A DNA stretch of 63,999 nt, the filler included, from Asterionella formosa (lineage: Eukaryota): NCBI GenBank assembly GCA_002256025.1. It is 8 parts of 8 records of this genome, joined end to end, with 100 filler letters (N's around TTAATTAATTAA, not from the genome) between each part and the next. Parts side by side here need not be neighbours in the genome. Positions count along the whole stretch, not along the records: positions 1 to 26,736 come from NKIB01001637.1; 7 more parts are not named here. One strand, 5' to 3'. The notes beneath the pieces are model-generated. The model was not told where the DNA came from, searched no databases, and saw only the letters and a list, made by a program, of their open reading frames with translations. Below are positions 1-12,121 of the stretch, piece by piece; position 1 is the stretch's first letter; each line of letters opens with the position of its first letter. A program made the translations under genes and the position numbers.

Positions 1-749
1 GTCTCCATTGGAACTCTTATTTTTTATTTCATTTCTAACCCAAAACAATTTTTTCTATTTCTCATTTGATGCTACTTATTACATCGCATTTCATACTTTG
101 GTTGCTCCAAACATCATGTTCAATTTTCATTGATGTTGCATGTTACAATCATTCTCGTGTGTTTTACGCTTGTTGTACCATCTCCATGCATATTACTGTT
201 ATTTTGGTTGTCATGCTAAAATCGGCAATTTTATTGCCGAAAAATTCGATGTGCCCCATATTGCCCTTAAATAAAAATTACTTAAGAAATTACTTAGAAG
301 TACCCGAATGGCAAGACGATAGCTGGAGCGGGAATTGCTAGAACTGTATGATGACAATGAAAATTCTATGATGAGAAAGAAGAGCAAGAAGAATGCCGGA
401 ATGGCTTCATTCCGCTTGATGGAGGATATTCAAGGCCAGGAGTAGATTCGATTGCAGCTAGCAGTCCTCAATAACGATGTAGAAATGCATTCTATACTAT
501 TTATTATAATATTGTAGAACAGTAAATAGACTCTAGAGTCATTTCCTTTAGCATTCATAGTGATTCACGTCAACTGTAGTTCTACTAGCTTCAACACGAA
601 AAATCGAATCGTAAATTACGACTTAAGCTGTTTAACATTAACGCTATGGAATTGCTTCTACAAATCAATAATATAACAATAGAGCATGCTTAAGCAGACT
701 ACAAAGTTGTATTTCTAGTCACATGCTACACTTTTTGAATAAAATAGAG

Positions 750-2170
750 TCATAAATCGCTTGCAATGTAACCAACCACATTCCAAGTGTTCAAAATTGT
801 TGATTGTGACACCCTCAGCCAAGCTGTCCAAACCCACTGAGCGGCATCCTGTCGCTTCACCTTTGTACCATGAGGATGGGCGACCATCCACTCCTCATAG
901 GCATTCCTAACAAAACCCTTAAAGGGCTTGTTTACTCCAACGTCCAAAACGTTTTTGAAGTTTTGATGTGCAGCCACGACAACAAGAAATGAAGTCCACA
1001 GCAGTGCCACAATCCTTAATTGCATTGAGGCTCGTCGGCATCAAATGCACCTGGAACTCATCCATCAGGAGGTAGCTTGCTTGGTTGAGAATAATGGCTG
1101 ATTGTCCATGGTTTCCAGACTTCCCGAATCCAAAGCGCAAACACCAACTCATCGACCCACGCCTTTGCCTGACAACGATAAACCATCTGTGGGGGATAAT
1201 CAAACTGTTGATTGTTAAATTCTTGCTGGATCCTGGCATCAGGTAATCCTTTGAAAACAACAAGAGGAGCAAGCTTCTCTCCAGACATGGTAACACCCTA
1301 CAACACTGTGCAACGCATGCTGCTGCCATTGGTGCGTAAACTGATGGTTTTCGCACCTTTATCAGCTAGCGTGATCCCGCCTGCCATATCGAAATAAATG
1401 TTTGTCTCATCTATATTTACAATACTAGCGCGATGATACGACCCTTCAAGAAACTGTGCGTTTATGTACTGGAGATACTCCTGCATGACACTCAGTACAT
1501 AGCGCGTGTTTTGTGCCTTGTGGGTGATATGACAATACACAATGTTTTGGGATGTGCACCAACGAGCTACACGCTGTTGAATAACGCTGAAGCTAGCAAC
1601 ATGTCCCGACAAACGCTTCAGCTCAGCAGCTCAGCAGCTCAGCAGCAAGCAACATGATCGAACAAGCGCAATCATCACCACGAAGCTGATCATACAAGAG
1701 ACAAATCGCCGCAAATTCAGTTGCACTATTGCTACTAGCTACGCGACTTGCCTAAATGAAAAGTTTTTTTTCAGTTTGAGACGCCCCTCATCCGACAATA
1801 AACCTTCTACATCAGAATAACGATAGTCGAAATCATGAAAGTTAGCTTTCCAGCGCCGAATATTGCTGGCGCCAATGCCATACTTACGTGCAACAGCTTT
1901 GATGATGCCAGGGAGTTCCCATGCTTTATCCACGATGTCGCGCTTTTCTTGCAAGGTGAAGAACTTCCTCATTTTTCTCTTTTCGGAAACAGTGATCATA
2001 TTAATAAATATTAGAAAAATGCGCGCCATCCTGTAGAACTAATAAAATTAACTTAGGACTAGTGTAAGGGAAATCTCTTCATTTGTCCTGGACCCCCTTA
2101 CTAAGTAAAATCAGTCAAATTCAGTCACGGCAGTGTACATTGGGGGTCCAGGACAAAGAAGTATACGGTA
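750..2170 (-). mobile_element. pogo/Tigger-like (Tc1-mariner superfamily) DNA transposon with frameshifted transposase pseudogene and one intact terminus
   Basis: Minus-strand fragments in the expected order: HTH (1739..2029, FTLQEKRDIVDKA...AVARKYGIGASNIRRWK), NIDETNIYFDM (1298..1612), GEKLAPLVVFKG...AKAWVD (1058..1288), LLMDEFQVH (in 919..1356), LDVGVNKPFK (750..1025). These are DDE_1-type motifs. The terminus reads TA|CCGTATACTTC on the minus strand (TA at 2169-2170). The other end was not found. Confidence 0.85.
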
Positions 2171-2227
2171 CTTCTTGAAAAGTACGCGCAACTACTACCA
2201 TTTCGACGAATCGAATTTGAGGCCTGA

Positions 2228-2440
2228 GGCCATTGCTAACGGTAGACCAAAACGCCGACCAAATAGTGTTTTGGTTTCGGTAACACTAAAAAACGATGCT
2301 ATCGGGAGTGAAAAACCCAACGCAAATGCATTACATTTAGGGGATTCCGTGCCCAAATCCCAATAAGTTACCCAAACGCATGACGTTTAGGTTTTTTTCT
2401 TCCAAAGTTACCTAAACGTAGGATTCCATTTAGACTACTA
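2228..2440 (+). mobile_element. PIF/Harbinger-like transposon terminus (TIR plus subterminal region)
   Basis: Starts tga|GGCCATTGCTAA. A ~200 bp diverged homologue lies in inverted orientation at 10390..10578, and a Harbinger nuclease fragment lies just inside. Confidence 0.65.
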
Positions 2441-2680
<240 letters not shown>

Positions 2681-2689
2681 CGTACACAA

Positions 2690-2983
2690 ATGACACTTGC
2701 CTCTCAATGTTCCAATGCAGAATTTTCTCGAGCAACTTTTCTTGTAAAACGAGAGAAGGATCTAATGGATGTTTTAAGTATGTACCGCGAAAAGTTAAAG
2801 GAAGCTCGAACTGAAGTAGCAAGCAATGAAGCGTCACAAAAATGTGATGGTAAAGAGTATCAAGAGAATGTCAGTTTTGTTGAATTTTTTGAAGCCAAAA
2901 TGTTTGAAGCTATGAATGCACTGACCAAGAATTCTGTAGCTCTCATACAAACAGCTGAAGAAAATGTATCTAATCATAATTAG
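2690..2983 (+). pseudogene. Possible remnant of the Harbinger second ORF (DNA-binding partner)
   Basis: 97-aa charged ORF converging on the Harbinger nuclease stop, as expected for the two-ORF layout. No recognisable motif. Confidence 0.2.
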
Positions 2984-3048
2984 GTTAACAATTATATTTC
3001 TACTTAGTTCTTGTTATTACCTAATTCCTTCCAGTTATAGTTTGTATG

Positions 3049-3600
3049 CTACATTAATCCTATTTCAGTCAGCTCACGCCGCCGGCGCAACACATTAGCC
3101 GGAGGTCGCCTGAACCCATTGTTGGTGACAACATCAAGAATAATTTGCCGAATCTGTGAAGTACCTTGCACTACATCCAACTTCCTGACAGTTGGAAAAT
3201 AAGCCCACCCAAGAGGAGCATTGGGCATTGGATCAACAAGCTCTAAAGTATTCAGAAATTCCATTCCATTAGCGAGTTCCTTCTTTCTATCATCATCCCT
3301 GAGTAGGCAAAAATTGTGTAAGGGGGCACAAGCAGAAAGAATTGCAACTGATATCTTCATCCTGAAGGACAAGGATGTCATGAGGATCCTCCATTTATTG
3401 GTGAGCAATCCAAACGTCATCTCAATTCTAATGCGGAGTTGTGAAAGAAAATAGTTGTATGCATCTTTGTTTGTTGATTACCTTTGACTTCCAACAAATC
3501 GACAGAGCACTTGATCGGTCAATGTGTAAGCAGCATCACCTACTATGTATTGTCCTGGACGAAGGTTGGATACAATCTGAAAAATTTTTGCTCTTTCAAA
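3049..3600 (-). pseudogene. PIF/Harbinger DDE nuclease (DDE_Tnp_4-type), C-terminal fragment with in-frame stop
   Basis: Minus strand reads YIVGDAAYTL...*...AYNYFLSQLRIRIEMTFGLLTNKWRIL...ACAPLHNFCL, the canonical Harbinger/HARBI1 motifs. The N-terminal part is missing. Confidence 0.85.
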
Positions 3601-3839
3601 TGCCTTCTGATCGTCTGGTACCAGGGCACCAGGTAGGTACCAGTCGAAAACTGCTTAAGACCACTATGAATTGCTTAGACCACCAGAACGAGGTAATCTA
3701 ACATTTTGTACCACAAAAACTTTATAAATTATAGAGATACGAAGATATTTACTCTGAAGAAGTCACTCCTGATGCTACGTAATCCCAACATTGCTTTGTT
3801 GATGTTGAGTTTTCTGGTCTCTGGAATCTTGGTGATACT

Positions 3840-4287
3840 CAAGATCGAATTTCTGTCATGTCCCGTACTGGGCGGCCTTGTCATCTGCTTTGCTGGTTGT
3901 TCCATTTTTTGGCTTTCCAAGAAATTGCAGAGCGAAGTGGCTCTCTCTACTACAGAGGCGGAATACATTGCCCTCTCTCACTCTCTACGCAATGTTATCC
4001 CTCTTCTCAACATTCTTGTCGAACTTCAACATGTTTTCACATTTGCCACGAGCCAGGCTCTCCTGTCCTGTTCCTTATTTGAAGACAATTCTGGTGCCAC
4101 TGACCATAAGACTCGCCCTTGCACTAAAATTATTGGTCTGAAGTACCATCACGTCTGTTCTCACGTCACTTCGGGTCTTATCAAACTTTTCCCTATCTCT
4201 ACCTTTGATCAAATGGCTGATATATTCACCAAACCACTCCCATCTGTTACTTTTATCTATCTTCGGAAGAAACTCATGGGTTCGTAG
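3840..4287 (+). mobile_element. Ty1/Copia retrotransposon RNase H fragment (degenerate)
   Basis: WLSKKLQSEVALSTTEAEYIALS, FEDNSGA, DQMADIFTKPL are Copia RNase H motifs (ORF 3706..4287). Confidence 0.9.
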
Positions 4288-4333
4288 TCTCATTTCTCTT
4301 TGTTTCCCCTTTTTCTGGTCCTTCCCAAGGGAG

Positions 4334-4519
4334 TATGAGATATTTATCTCTATAGTTTCCTGACGTCATCTGTCATTGGCTTCCATTTGATATTCCGTGG
4401 TTAGGATCTTACAACTTCTTTTCCAAATTTTGTTCTTTGTTATCAACTGCCATCATTTGCAATTTCTCTTTGACTTTCTAGTAGTTGATGATATTTAGCT
4501 AGTTCAGTCTAATCTCACA
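4334..4519 (+). repeat. Putative 3' LTR of the Copia fragment
   Basis: Purine tract AAGGGAG just downstream of the pol stop, then TATGAGA...TCTCACA termini (inverted repeat with one mismatch to TGTGAGA). Confidence 0.5.
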
Positions 4520-6339
4520 ATTTCTAAAAGTTACTTTCAAAGTACGTCATTTAGATTATCCTTAGACAATAGTCTTTTCTCATACATTGAGATTACTATT
4601 ATCGCAGTACCAGGTACAAAGAAAACTATAGATCCGGAATTATGTTCAAGGAATAAATATACCGGTAATACACATTACTCATACATAATAGTTTTGATAC
4701 TCTTTGTCACATCATAATCAATGAATTGTTCTTGGTTTCAAAAAATCAGTCATTACCGATTTGACCAGTGGACAATGGCAAAAGAATGGGAAAACCCGGG
4801 TATACGGCGTTTTTAGATAAAACACAGTTTTTGTACACGACTTTTTGTACCTCGGAGTTTCCGTCAACTCCCTGTTGATATCGACAGGTGTCCAAAGCTT
4901 CATTGATGTATTCTGAGGAATGTCTAAAGCAACGGAAATAGACATTATTTATGGTGTGAGGAAGATCTTCACCGGTTATTCCAGGGCAGTACTGCAGCCC
5001 AATAGGAAGAAGCGCCATAAATTTCAACATGGTACTGGTACCAGGAGTAGCAGGCTTGTTAGTACAAGTGGTATGTGGATGTATGTGAAAACCAGAGGTC
5101 AACAGTTCGAGTCCTCAGCAAGAGGAAGAAAAAAGAGAGGAGGCGGCACAATGAAAATTCCTGTTTGGTGGGCATTGCCTTGCTCCACCATGATGTCTTT
5201 GTCAGATATCCTCTTTGAGTCAAAACCTTGCCGATTTGCTGTTGATGAGACACCACCTTTATGATAGCTTCCTTGGTAGTTCCTGATGAATTGTTTCTAG
5301 AATGAAAATTGTTGTCAGCAGGTTTCTAGTCGCATGTAGGAGTAGTCATCAGCTGGATCAGCAATCATAAACAAACATTACTTAAATAGAGACTCCAACA
5401 AAGTTTCGTTCAACCTACAGATTACCGTGGTGTAGCATGCTGCATACTCTAAAAGTGTGTCTGTTTGTCACTTTGTTGGTTTGAATTGTGCATCATCTAA
5501 ACTACATTAAGCAATGCGCCATTGCCGACTTCAATTTTCGTTGGCAATATTAGTGTTATTACAATTATTTTTTACGATTGTATTATCTATGTTATGTTAG
5601 ATATATTTATCAGATAGCATTGCGTCGTTTTCATATTGTGCAGGATTCTCCAGCTGCGCACAAGAACCACGCTCTTGTGTTTTATACATAGAAAGAAATC
5701 GTAACATCCAAGCTAAATAATTATATACTACCGGTAGCTGGTACCCTGAAAATATAAACCGGTTTCCTACTTAGCCATATCATAGTATACCGGTATGTGG
5801 CATGTGATATCTGTGTGATATTGCAAATATTATATTGGTATCCCGGTAGGCTGTTGCATCTGGCATGGTAATAACTGTGACCATGTATATAAATATGACG
5901 TTATTACATATGTTTATAGGTATGTAGTCTTGGCAAGGCAATCAGGGGTAGTGGTTGTGTTGATAGCATCATAATGACATCATTGTGGTTTTGTGAATTG
6001 CAAAAATCTTTGCAATGCCCGTATGTATGGAAATAATATGCAAGCTTGCAGTTGATACAGTCGAACCAGCATATCAATATCAGCAACATGATAGCTGATG
6101 GTTGAGGAAATGTGGTATTCTACTACTGGTACTGTCTTGACCAACCATGAGCATTGTAATTGAAAGTGGAGGATCACATCATAGTAGATATTGCACATTT
6201 GAGTAAAGTGTTTTATAGCATGTGGCAAAGTGATGGAATGTGATATATACCTTGCCAATAAATATAGGAGAAAATACTAGCATTAGTACAATCATTTTCA
6301 TCCAATAGAAATCCATCTTTTATAGATACACACTTTCAA

Positions 6340-8214
6340 CTAAATACGACGTGCCACTGCCAAACCCATGGACAACCCAAAACGTAAAAAACGTTTCTTA
6401 GAAGCAGACCCATTGTTCTTTGCCATAAGAGTACAGTATCCACGACGCTGCTGTTGTAAATACTGTTGTTTTTGTTGCGATGCATCAGGTAATGGTGGAT
6501 GTAATTTACTGGTTGTAAAGGCTTGTTCAAATTTGGCTTTGAGTACAGCAAAGTCTTCTAGTCCAACCGATAGTCTTAACAAATTCGGTTCCACATTGTA
6601 TGTCAAGCAAAAGTCCAATTCATGGTAATGTGCCAGCAATGTATATGGACACATGAGAGTAAAGTTGGTCCCCAAGGATGGTCCTTTGGCAATGTCAAGA
6701 GCATCAAAGAATGTTCGTTGACACATGTGTGTTCCCAAAACAATACTAACAAGTCCACCATAGTAGCCAGTTGGTTGTGTTGCAAGGGATGGATAGTGAG
6801 TCGTGTATTTCGGATAATACACTTTCGCCACACTTGCATGGTCCAATAAGTAATCGGCCAACTGTTCGGCAGTAGCATTGATACGTGTGTTTCGTTGTTC
6901 AAAGTCTTGTGAGTTGTGATAAATGGCCCATGCGTCGGCAGCGAATAGGGTGGATGACGGTCCTTCGTCGCGCAAGACGGTTGAGGATGATAGCAACTGT
7001 TGACCAGTTGTGGTGTTGGGATTGACCACCAGGGCGCCTGCCATGGCATCGCCACGACCAGAAAACAATTTGGTCAAGGATGTGCAGACGACATCGGCAC
7101 CCTGCGGTCCAAATAATTTGAGATTAGCATAATTTCCAATGGTATCATCCACGACAAGTGTAAATTGGTGTTTGGTGGCGAGTTGTCGTAATTTATTAAA
7201 ATTGGGTGTCAACAAGAGCGGATTGGATGGAATTTCGGTGAACAAAACTGAACATGCTCGTGGTGGTCTCGCTTCTAGCCATTGTTCCAAAGCCAGCATA
7301 TCATTGTCATCTCCATTTCCAAAAAACTGCACCCCTCCAGGGCAAAATTCTCTGCGCGAACACATTTTGAGTGTATCCAAGTATGGAAATCCAAAAACGA
7401 TGCTGGTCCCCCCAGATCCAGTTTGTTCCATCGATCGCTGTTGTGCTGCTCTGAGTGCTGTAAAGAGGCTGGCCATCCCTGATGCCACAAGGTGCACAGT
7501 CGAGGGTGGTGTATGTGTAAGGTGTCCAATCCGCTGCTGCAATTTGTAAAAGACGGACGGGTCCAGGTGATGTGCCGCATGGTGACTTGTGCCCGCCGCC
7601 GTAACATGCCGAACAGTCAATCCCAGATCTCGCAATGCCATTTCCGCTCTCCTAGACGTTACCAATTCTCCCGTGTGCTGCCAATACGCCTTGGCTTCCA
7701 TCCCTGCTGATGTTTGCGCCGGGAAAAAGACAACAAAGAGGTTTGCATGTTGTTCAAGTCTCATCTTGTCCGATCCCAGCGCCTGTTCCATGAATGCCTT
7801 GCAGCGTTCAGCTGCAAGTTGAGTGGGCAATACGAGGCAATCCTCATTAGTTAGCGACGAGTTGTTGCGAGTGAAGTGGTCCATGAGTTGAATGACGTAT
7901 GGGTGGTAGACAAAGCGTGGGTAACCGCATTTCATTTGCGAGATAATGGCCGAATCGCCCTCTTCGTACCCCACGACGGCGGCCCACGTGGGGAGGCTGA
8001 CACTGCACGCATGCTCGTCCATGGGGAGGGGGGTTCCGAGAGGTTCGCAGCACGATGGCATGGAGTGATTCGTGGCGTGGGCGGCGCGGGAGGAGTTGTA
8101 GTAGTGGTTGTGGTTGTGGAAGCCATAATAGTTGAAGTTACAGTGAGAGTAGCCAATGGCGGAAGAGGGAACGAGATGCTGATGATGATGCAACGATCGA
8201 GAGGCGAGCATCAT
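6340..8214 (-). CDS. Cystathionine gamma-synthase-like PLP-dependent enzyme (Cys/Met metabolism family, long eukaryotic STR2 type)
   Basis: 624-aa intronless ORF with GYPRFVYHP, ASGMASL, FGFPYLDTLK, EIPSNPLL, VVDDTIG, PLP lysine motif SLTKLFSG, KGPSLGTNFTL, LLRLSVGLE. Start may be either adjacent Met. Confidence 0.9.
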   Translation of the reverse strand: MMLASRSLHHHQHLVPSSAIGYSHCNFNYYGFHNHNHYYNSSRAAHATNHSMPSCCEPLGTPLPMDEHACSVSLPTWAAVVGYEEGDSAIISQMKCGYPRFVYHPYVIQLMDHFTRNNSSLTNEDCLVLPTQLAAERCKAFMEQALGSDKMRLEQHANLFVVFFPAQTSAGMEAKAYWQHTGELVTSRRAEMALRDLGLTVRHVTAAGTSHHAAHHLDPSVFYKLQQRIGHLTHTPPSTVHLVASGMASLFTALRAAQQRSMEQTGSGGTSIVFGFPYLDTLKMCSRREFCPGGVQFFGNGDDNDMLALEQWLEARPPRACSVLFTEIPSNPLLLTPNFNKLRQLATKHQFTLVVDDTIGNYANLKLFGPQGADVVCTSLTKLFSGRGDAMAGALVVNPNTTTGQQLLSSSTVLRDEGPSSTLFAADAWAIYHNSQDFEQRNTRINATAEQLADYLLDHASVAKVYYPKYTTHYPSLATQPTGYYGGLVSIVLGTHMCQRTFFDALDIAKGPSLGTNFTLMCPYTLLAHYHELDFCLTYNVEPNLLRLSVGLEDFAVLKAKFEQAFTTSKLHPPLPDASQQKQQYLQQQRRGYCTLMAKNNGSASKKRFLRFGLSMGLAVARRI

Positions 8215-8667
8215 GATTGCGGTTGCAGTGTCAACGATGCTTCTTGTTCGTATCTATCTGTATGAGCGATGCTACTTTGGCTGCACCAGGTATTGACTGA
8301 CTGACTGTGGCTATCAGTGTGAAGGCAGGGTGGAAGCAACTGAAGAAATCACTTGTTTTCTTGTCCCTTATTTTACAGGTACATACCGGTAGTCAATACT
8401 ACACATAGATTGTGTGATGGATGTGTTTGCTTCATGCTTCAATTTTATTTTATTCCATCAATACATAAATGTGTGTATATATACCGGTAATAATATTCAA
8501 TGGCGGCTACTGGTATTATTTAACCTGCATGAATGTGTTTAGTACTGGTACATGAGGACATGTACTGTACGTATTTCTCATGCAGCATCTGTATACTGTT
8601 ATGTACATACAGTCCCTCGTACTAGTCTACCAGTAAAACCAGGTTTACTACCGGTAGTAGGGTGAGT

Positions 8668-8711
8668 TACCTGGTACCTGGTACCTGGTACCTGGTACCT
8701 GGTACCTGGTA
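8668..8711. repeat. Tandem (TACCTGG)6 array, part of the TAC/GTA palindrome clusters
   Basis: Six perfect 7-mer copies followed by TA. Confidence 0.95.
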
Positions 8712-10389
8712 ATGAGCAATACTGTACATAGATCATCGTGTTGTTGTATTTATGTATAGCCAGGTGTTTATTACCGGAAGGTACCCCCAGGTACCTGGTA
8801 GTATTATACATGCTTAGCTGGACATGCACAGCAGAAGAAATACCCGGTACTGAGAAAGTATCTCACCTTTTATACACCATGTCTACAGGTGCATAAATAT
8901 TCCTCAGCTAGAAAACTGGTTTAGTATCAAAAAATTTTTATTCAATATGGCTGCAATGTCATTGCGTTTTTCTCACATGTGCCATGAAAAAAGATAAATT
9001 CATTAATGGAAAGCGTCAATTAGGAATTCCGGGCATGCCCAAACTATTAGTACACAATTTAAATGCATACACAACAATTAACCATCACAATACCAATCAT
9101 CATGAACTGGAAAGCACCTCAACAAGGCAAAGCCTTGCCTGGAAAGAAGTTGTCTCCTGAAGAGCGGGGTCAGCATTCAGATTTGTCTTAACACAATGTG
9201 ATTAGGGAGCTAGAAGCTAAGAAGATTTATAATGATGGAAAATGCCTTGTGGTGCTATTTCTGGGACAGTATTAGCTAAGCAATGCATTTTCCCTTGGAT
9301 ATCTGACCTGCTGTTAACCAAGTGAAGAATAAATTAAAACAATGTGCTAACCTAGAAGTTAAGTTTACTACCATGTATACTACTTCTCATTCGTCCCTGA
9401 TTCAACCATCAACTGCATTTATCATGTCTACATTAACACGTGATCTTTGTGGCCATGGTATCCTCTGAACTATAATGTGTTGCTTTCTGAGATTCAATTA
9501 GCTAACCCAATCGACCGGGGGGGCAACCTAGAAAGAGAAAGGAGACAGCGGAGTCCCACATTGAGAGACACAAGAAGAAGATAACAGCAGGACGACTACT
9601 GGCCTCTGCACAAACCTTGTTTGCCCTTGGGCCAAATGTTCTTGGTGCGACACTGGAACGGAACCGAATTTCGGACATTGTCATAAGTTTAAAAGAAACA
9701 AAAAAGGCAACAAGAATTCAATACACTTCGCAGAGAAGTATTTCCATTGAAGGAACAGAACAAAACATAAGAACAAATGTCTGTGGCAGAATTGAAATGA
9801 ATTGTGACTGTGTCGAGCATCTTTGCAAAATTTCGTCTCAGTCGTGACCATGACGAAAATAGCGAAAATCTCTACGAAAATTGAGAATTGGCTGTCAGAC
9901 GATATTTTGTCAGATGATTTCTTGTCAGAAATTTCTGTTAGAAAAATTCTAAAAGTTTAAAAAATCAGTATCTACTTGTCAGACAAACACAACTAGCCCC
10001 AGACACATACAATATCAGCACTGTAATTCATTAAGACGATTTAAGTACACATGTTTCGTTTCATGGAACAAATAGGTGCTTAAGAAACAAACATTCACTA
10101 TACACTAGCGACTATTCAATTCTAACTATTTGATAACAAATGAGGGAAAGATGATTCTCGACAAAACAGCGATTTGTTGTAGTTCTTGTTGATGACACAA
10201 TAAATGACGATGATATATAAAATGATGCCTCAATCACTGTTTTACAAGGTATTATAGGAGGGACTCTGGGATGTACACATGGCTCTGCATGCAACAATTT
10301 TATGTACCGGTATACAGTAGTACTACTGAGTCTATGACGATAATAATTGGGTTTCTAATGATTACTGTATATTCAAAGTTACATTCAAA

Positions 10390-10578
10390 GTAGTCAATAC
10401 GGAATCCTATGTTTAGGTAACTTTGGAAAAAATTTACCAAAACATGATGTATTTGGTAACTTTTTGGGATATGGGCACGGAATCCCCTAAAGCACACTCC
10501 CATTACTGTATTCTAGGGTTGCTTACCAAAACCAAAACACTGTTTGGTTTTGGTTTTGGTCCACTATTAGCAATGGCC
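10390..10578 (-). mobile_element. Second PIF/Harbinger-like terminus, inverted relative to 2228..2440
   Basis: Reverse complement reads GGCCATTGCTAATAGTGGACCAAAAC...TTTAGGGGATTCCGTGCCCA...TTCCAAAGTTACCTAAACATAGGATTCC, aligning with 2228..2440. Followed by TAA. Confidence 0.7.
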
Positions 10579-10750
10579 TAAAAGAGAATTATTTTAATAA
10601 CACTAATGTTGACAAGGAAAATTGAAGTCGCTGATAGCATGGTGATGTCGCATTTTTCTTGCAGCCAAGGTTCATAACTTTCTCAGTTTTCACTTAACAG
10701 AAATATTAAACATATTAATAAATCATATAAATAAATATCAGCATGAAACA

Positions 10751-10900
10751 CGCCATCCTGTAGAACTAATAAAAATTACTTTGGTCTACTATACTAAGGG
10801 AAATATCAACAAATTCCTAGGCCCTCCTTAGTAAAATCTGCTAAATTCAGTCATGGCAGTGTACATTTTGGGTCCAGCAGGACATTGAAGTATATGGGTA
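10751..10900 (-). mobile_element. Diverged solo copy of the pogo-like element terminus
   Basis: CGCCATCCTGTAGAACTAATAAAA...AAATTCAGTCATGGCAGTGTACATT...GAAGTATATGGGTA matches 2023..2170 in the same orientation. Confidence 0.75.
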
Positions 10901-12121
10901 GTTGAAACCAAACTTTAGGTCGCTGCCTCTCATGAGGCGCAATCTCCGATAATTCTCCGGCTAACAGCCCATCCTATTCAACAAATATTCCGAACCTTAT
11001 GTTCTAAGTATTCTAGAAATAGGTGAACCTGACCTCGATTTATGATTTGGTGCATGTTTCATAGAATTGCGCCCCTACCAGTATTGGAAAGTTTGCTCTG
11101 GACCCCTATTTTTTGACCCTTCATTAGTCAATAGACATAAGAAAAAATTCATTACCAGAACAGTGACAATACATTGCCAATTGCTCGTTTTGCAACCACT
11201 AAAGAGAGGCTGATGAGACCATCAACATGGATGGCCAGCTCGTCAAAAATCCGGGCATGCACAAAACGTAGCTACGTTATTCGACGTATGTAGAATAATA
11301 TAATTTTTTGTCTAGAAATGCATCCTCATTAGTTTATATTTCTAAATCTCGTTGGTATTGGTAGTAATAGATGATACCGGTAGTGCACACACGGCTACAG
11401 GCCAGTACACGGTACGCTGGCCAACGAAAATCAATACCGGTACTGTAGCCCGATAGAAGGCACACCGGTGTCCCAATTCATGATAGCATCATACGGGTAC
11501 CGCCTAAATATACTAATCTAACTGACGTATCCATAGCCTGCATAGTCTAGTGTAGAAAATGAGTATTGCTTCCACAGAGGGCTTCTTTGACGGAAGTGGA
11601 ATCCGCCGGTTTAGTCGCTGGACGTCTTTCAACTACCGGTATAATGGAGCAAAGAGTACCAAGGTACTACAGGACGCAGGCTACATACTCGCTGTCGCGT
11701 TCACAACGGCCAACGTGTCCGCGATCCGGGAATTGATGATGATTGGACACCCAGCCTGGCCGTTTTCCATCGTTTGTCCCGGAAGTCAGCCAGCTTGCTA
11801 TTTAACGTATTCCTTCTTGCTATGAGTTGTTACCATGATGCCTTTTCGCTTGATATACCGATAGGTCGCACATGCCGGGTAGATATTATTGTAAGTTATA
11901 TCAGAATAGCAACTGTCATAATAGGACCAGATACCGGTATCAATTTTGGCAACAGTTGTTGCTAGTATGAATGCCCCCGCCGTTATGGACAAAGGGAATT
12001 ACAAATCAAGCGAAGCTTCACAATCTTGCGATTTTATGACATAAATTTATCTTGTAACGCCATCGTAGCAAACTAGACTGCTACCAAACATCAATCGTAA
12101 ATCATTTCTTCTGCAAGCGCT

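Noticed and set aside
4718..5264. Cluster of short ORFs that may be a decayed transposon gene
   Set aside because: No motif could be assigned with confidence.
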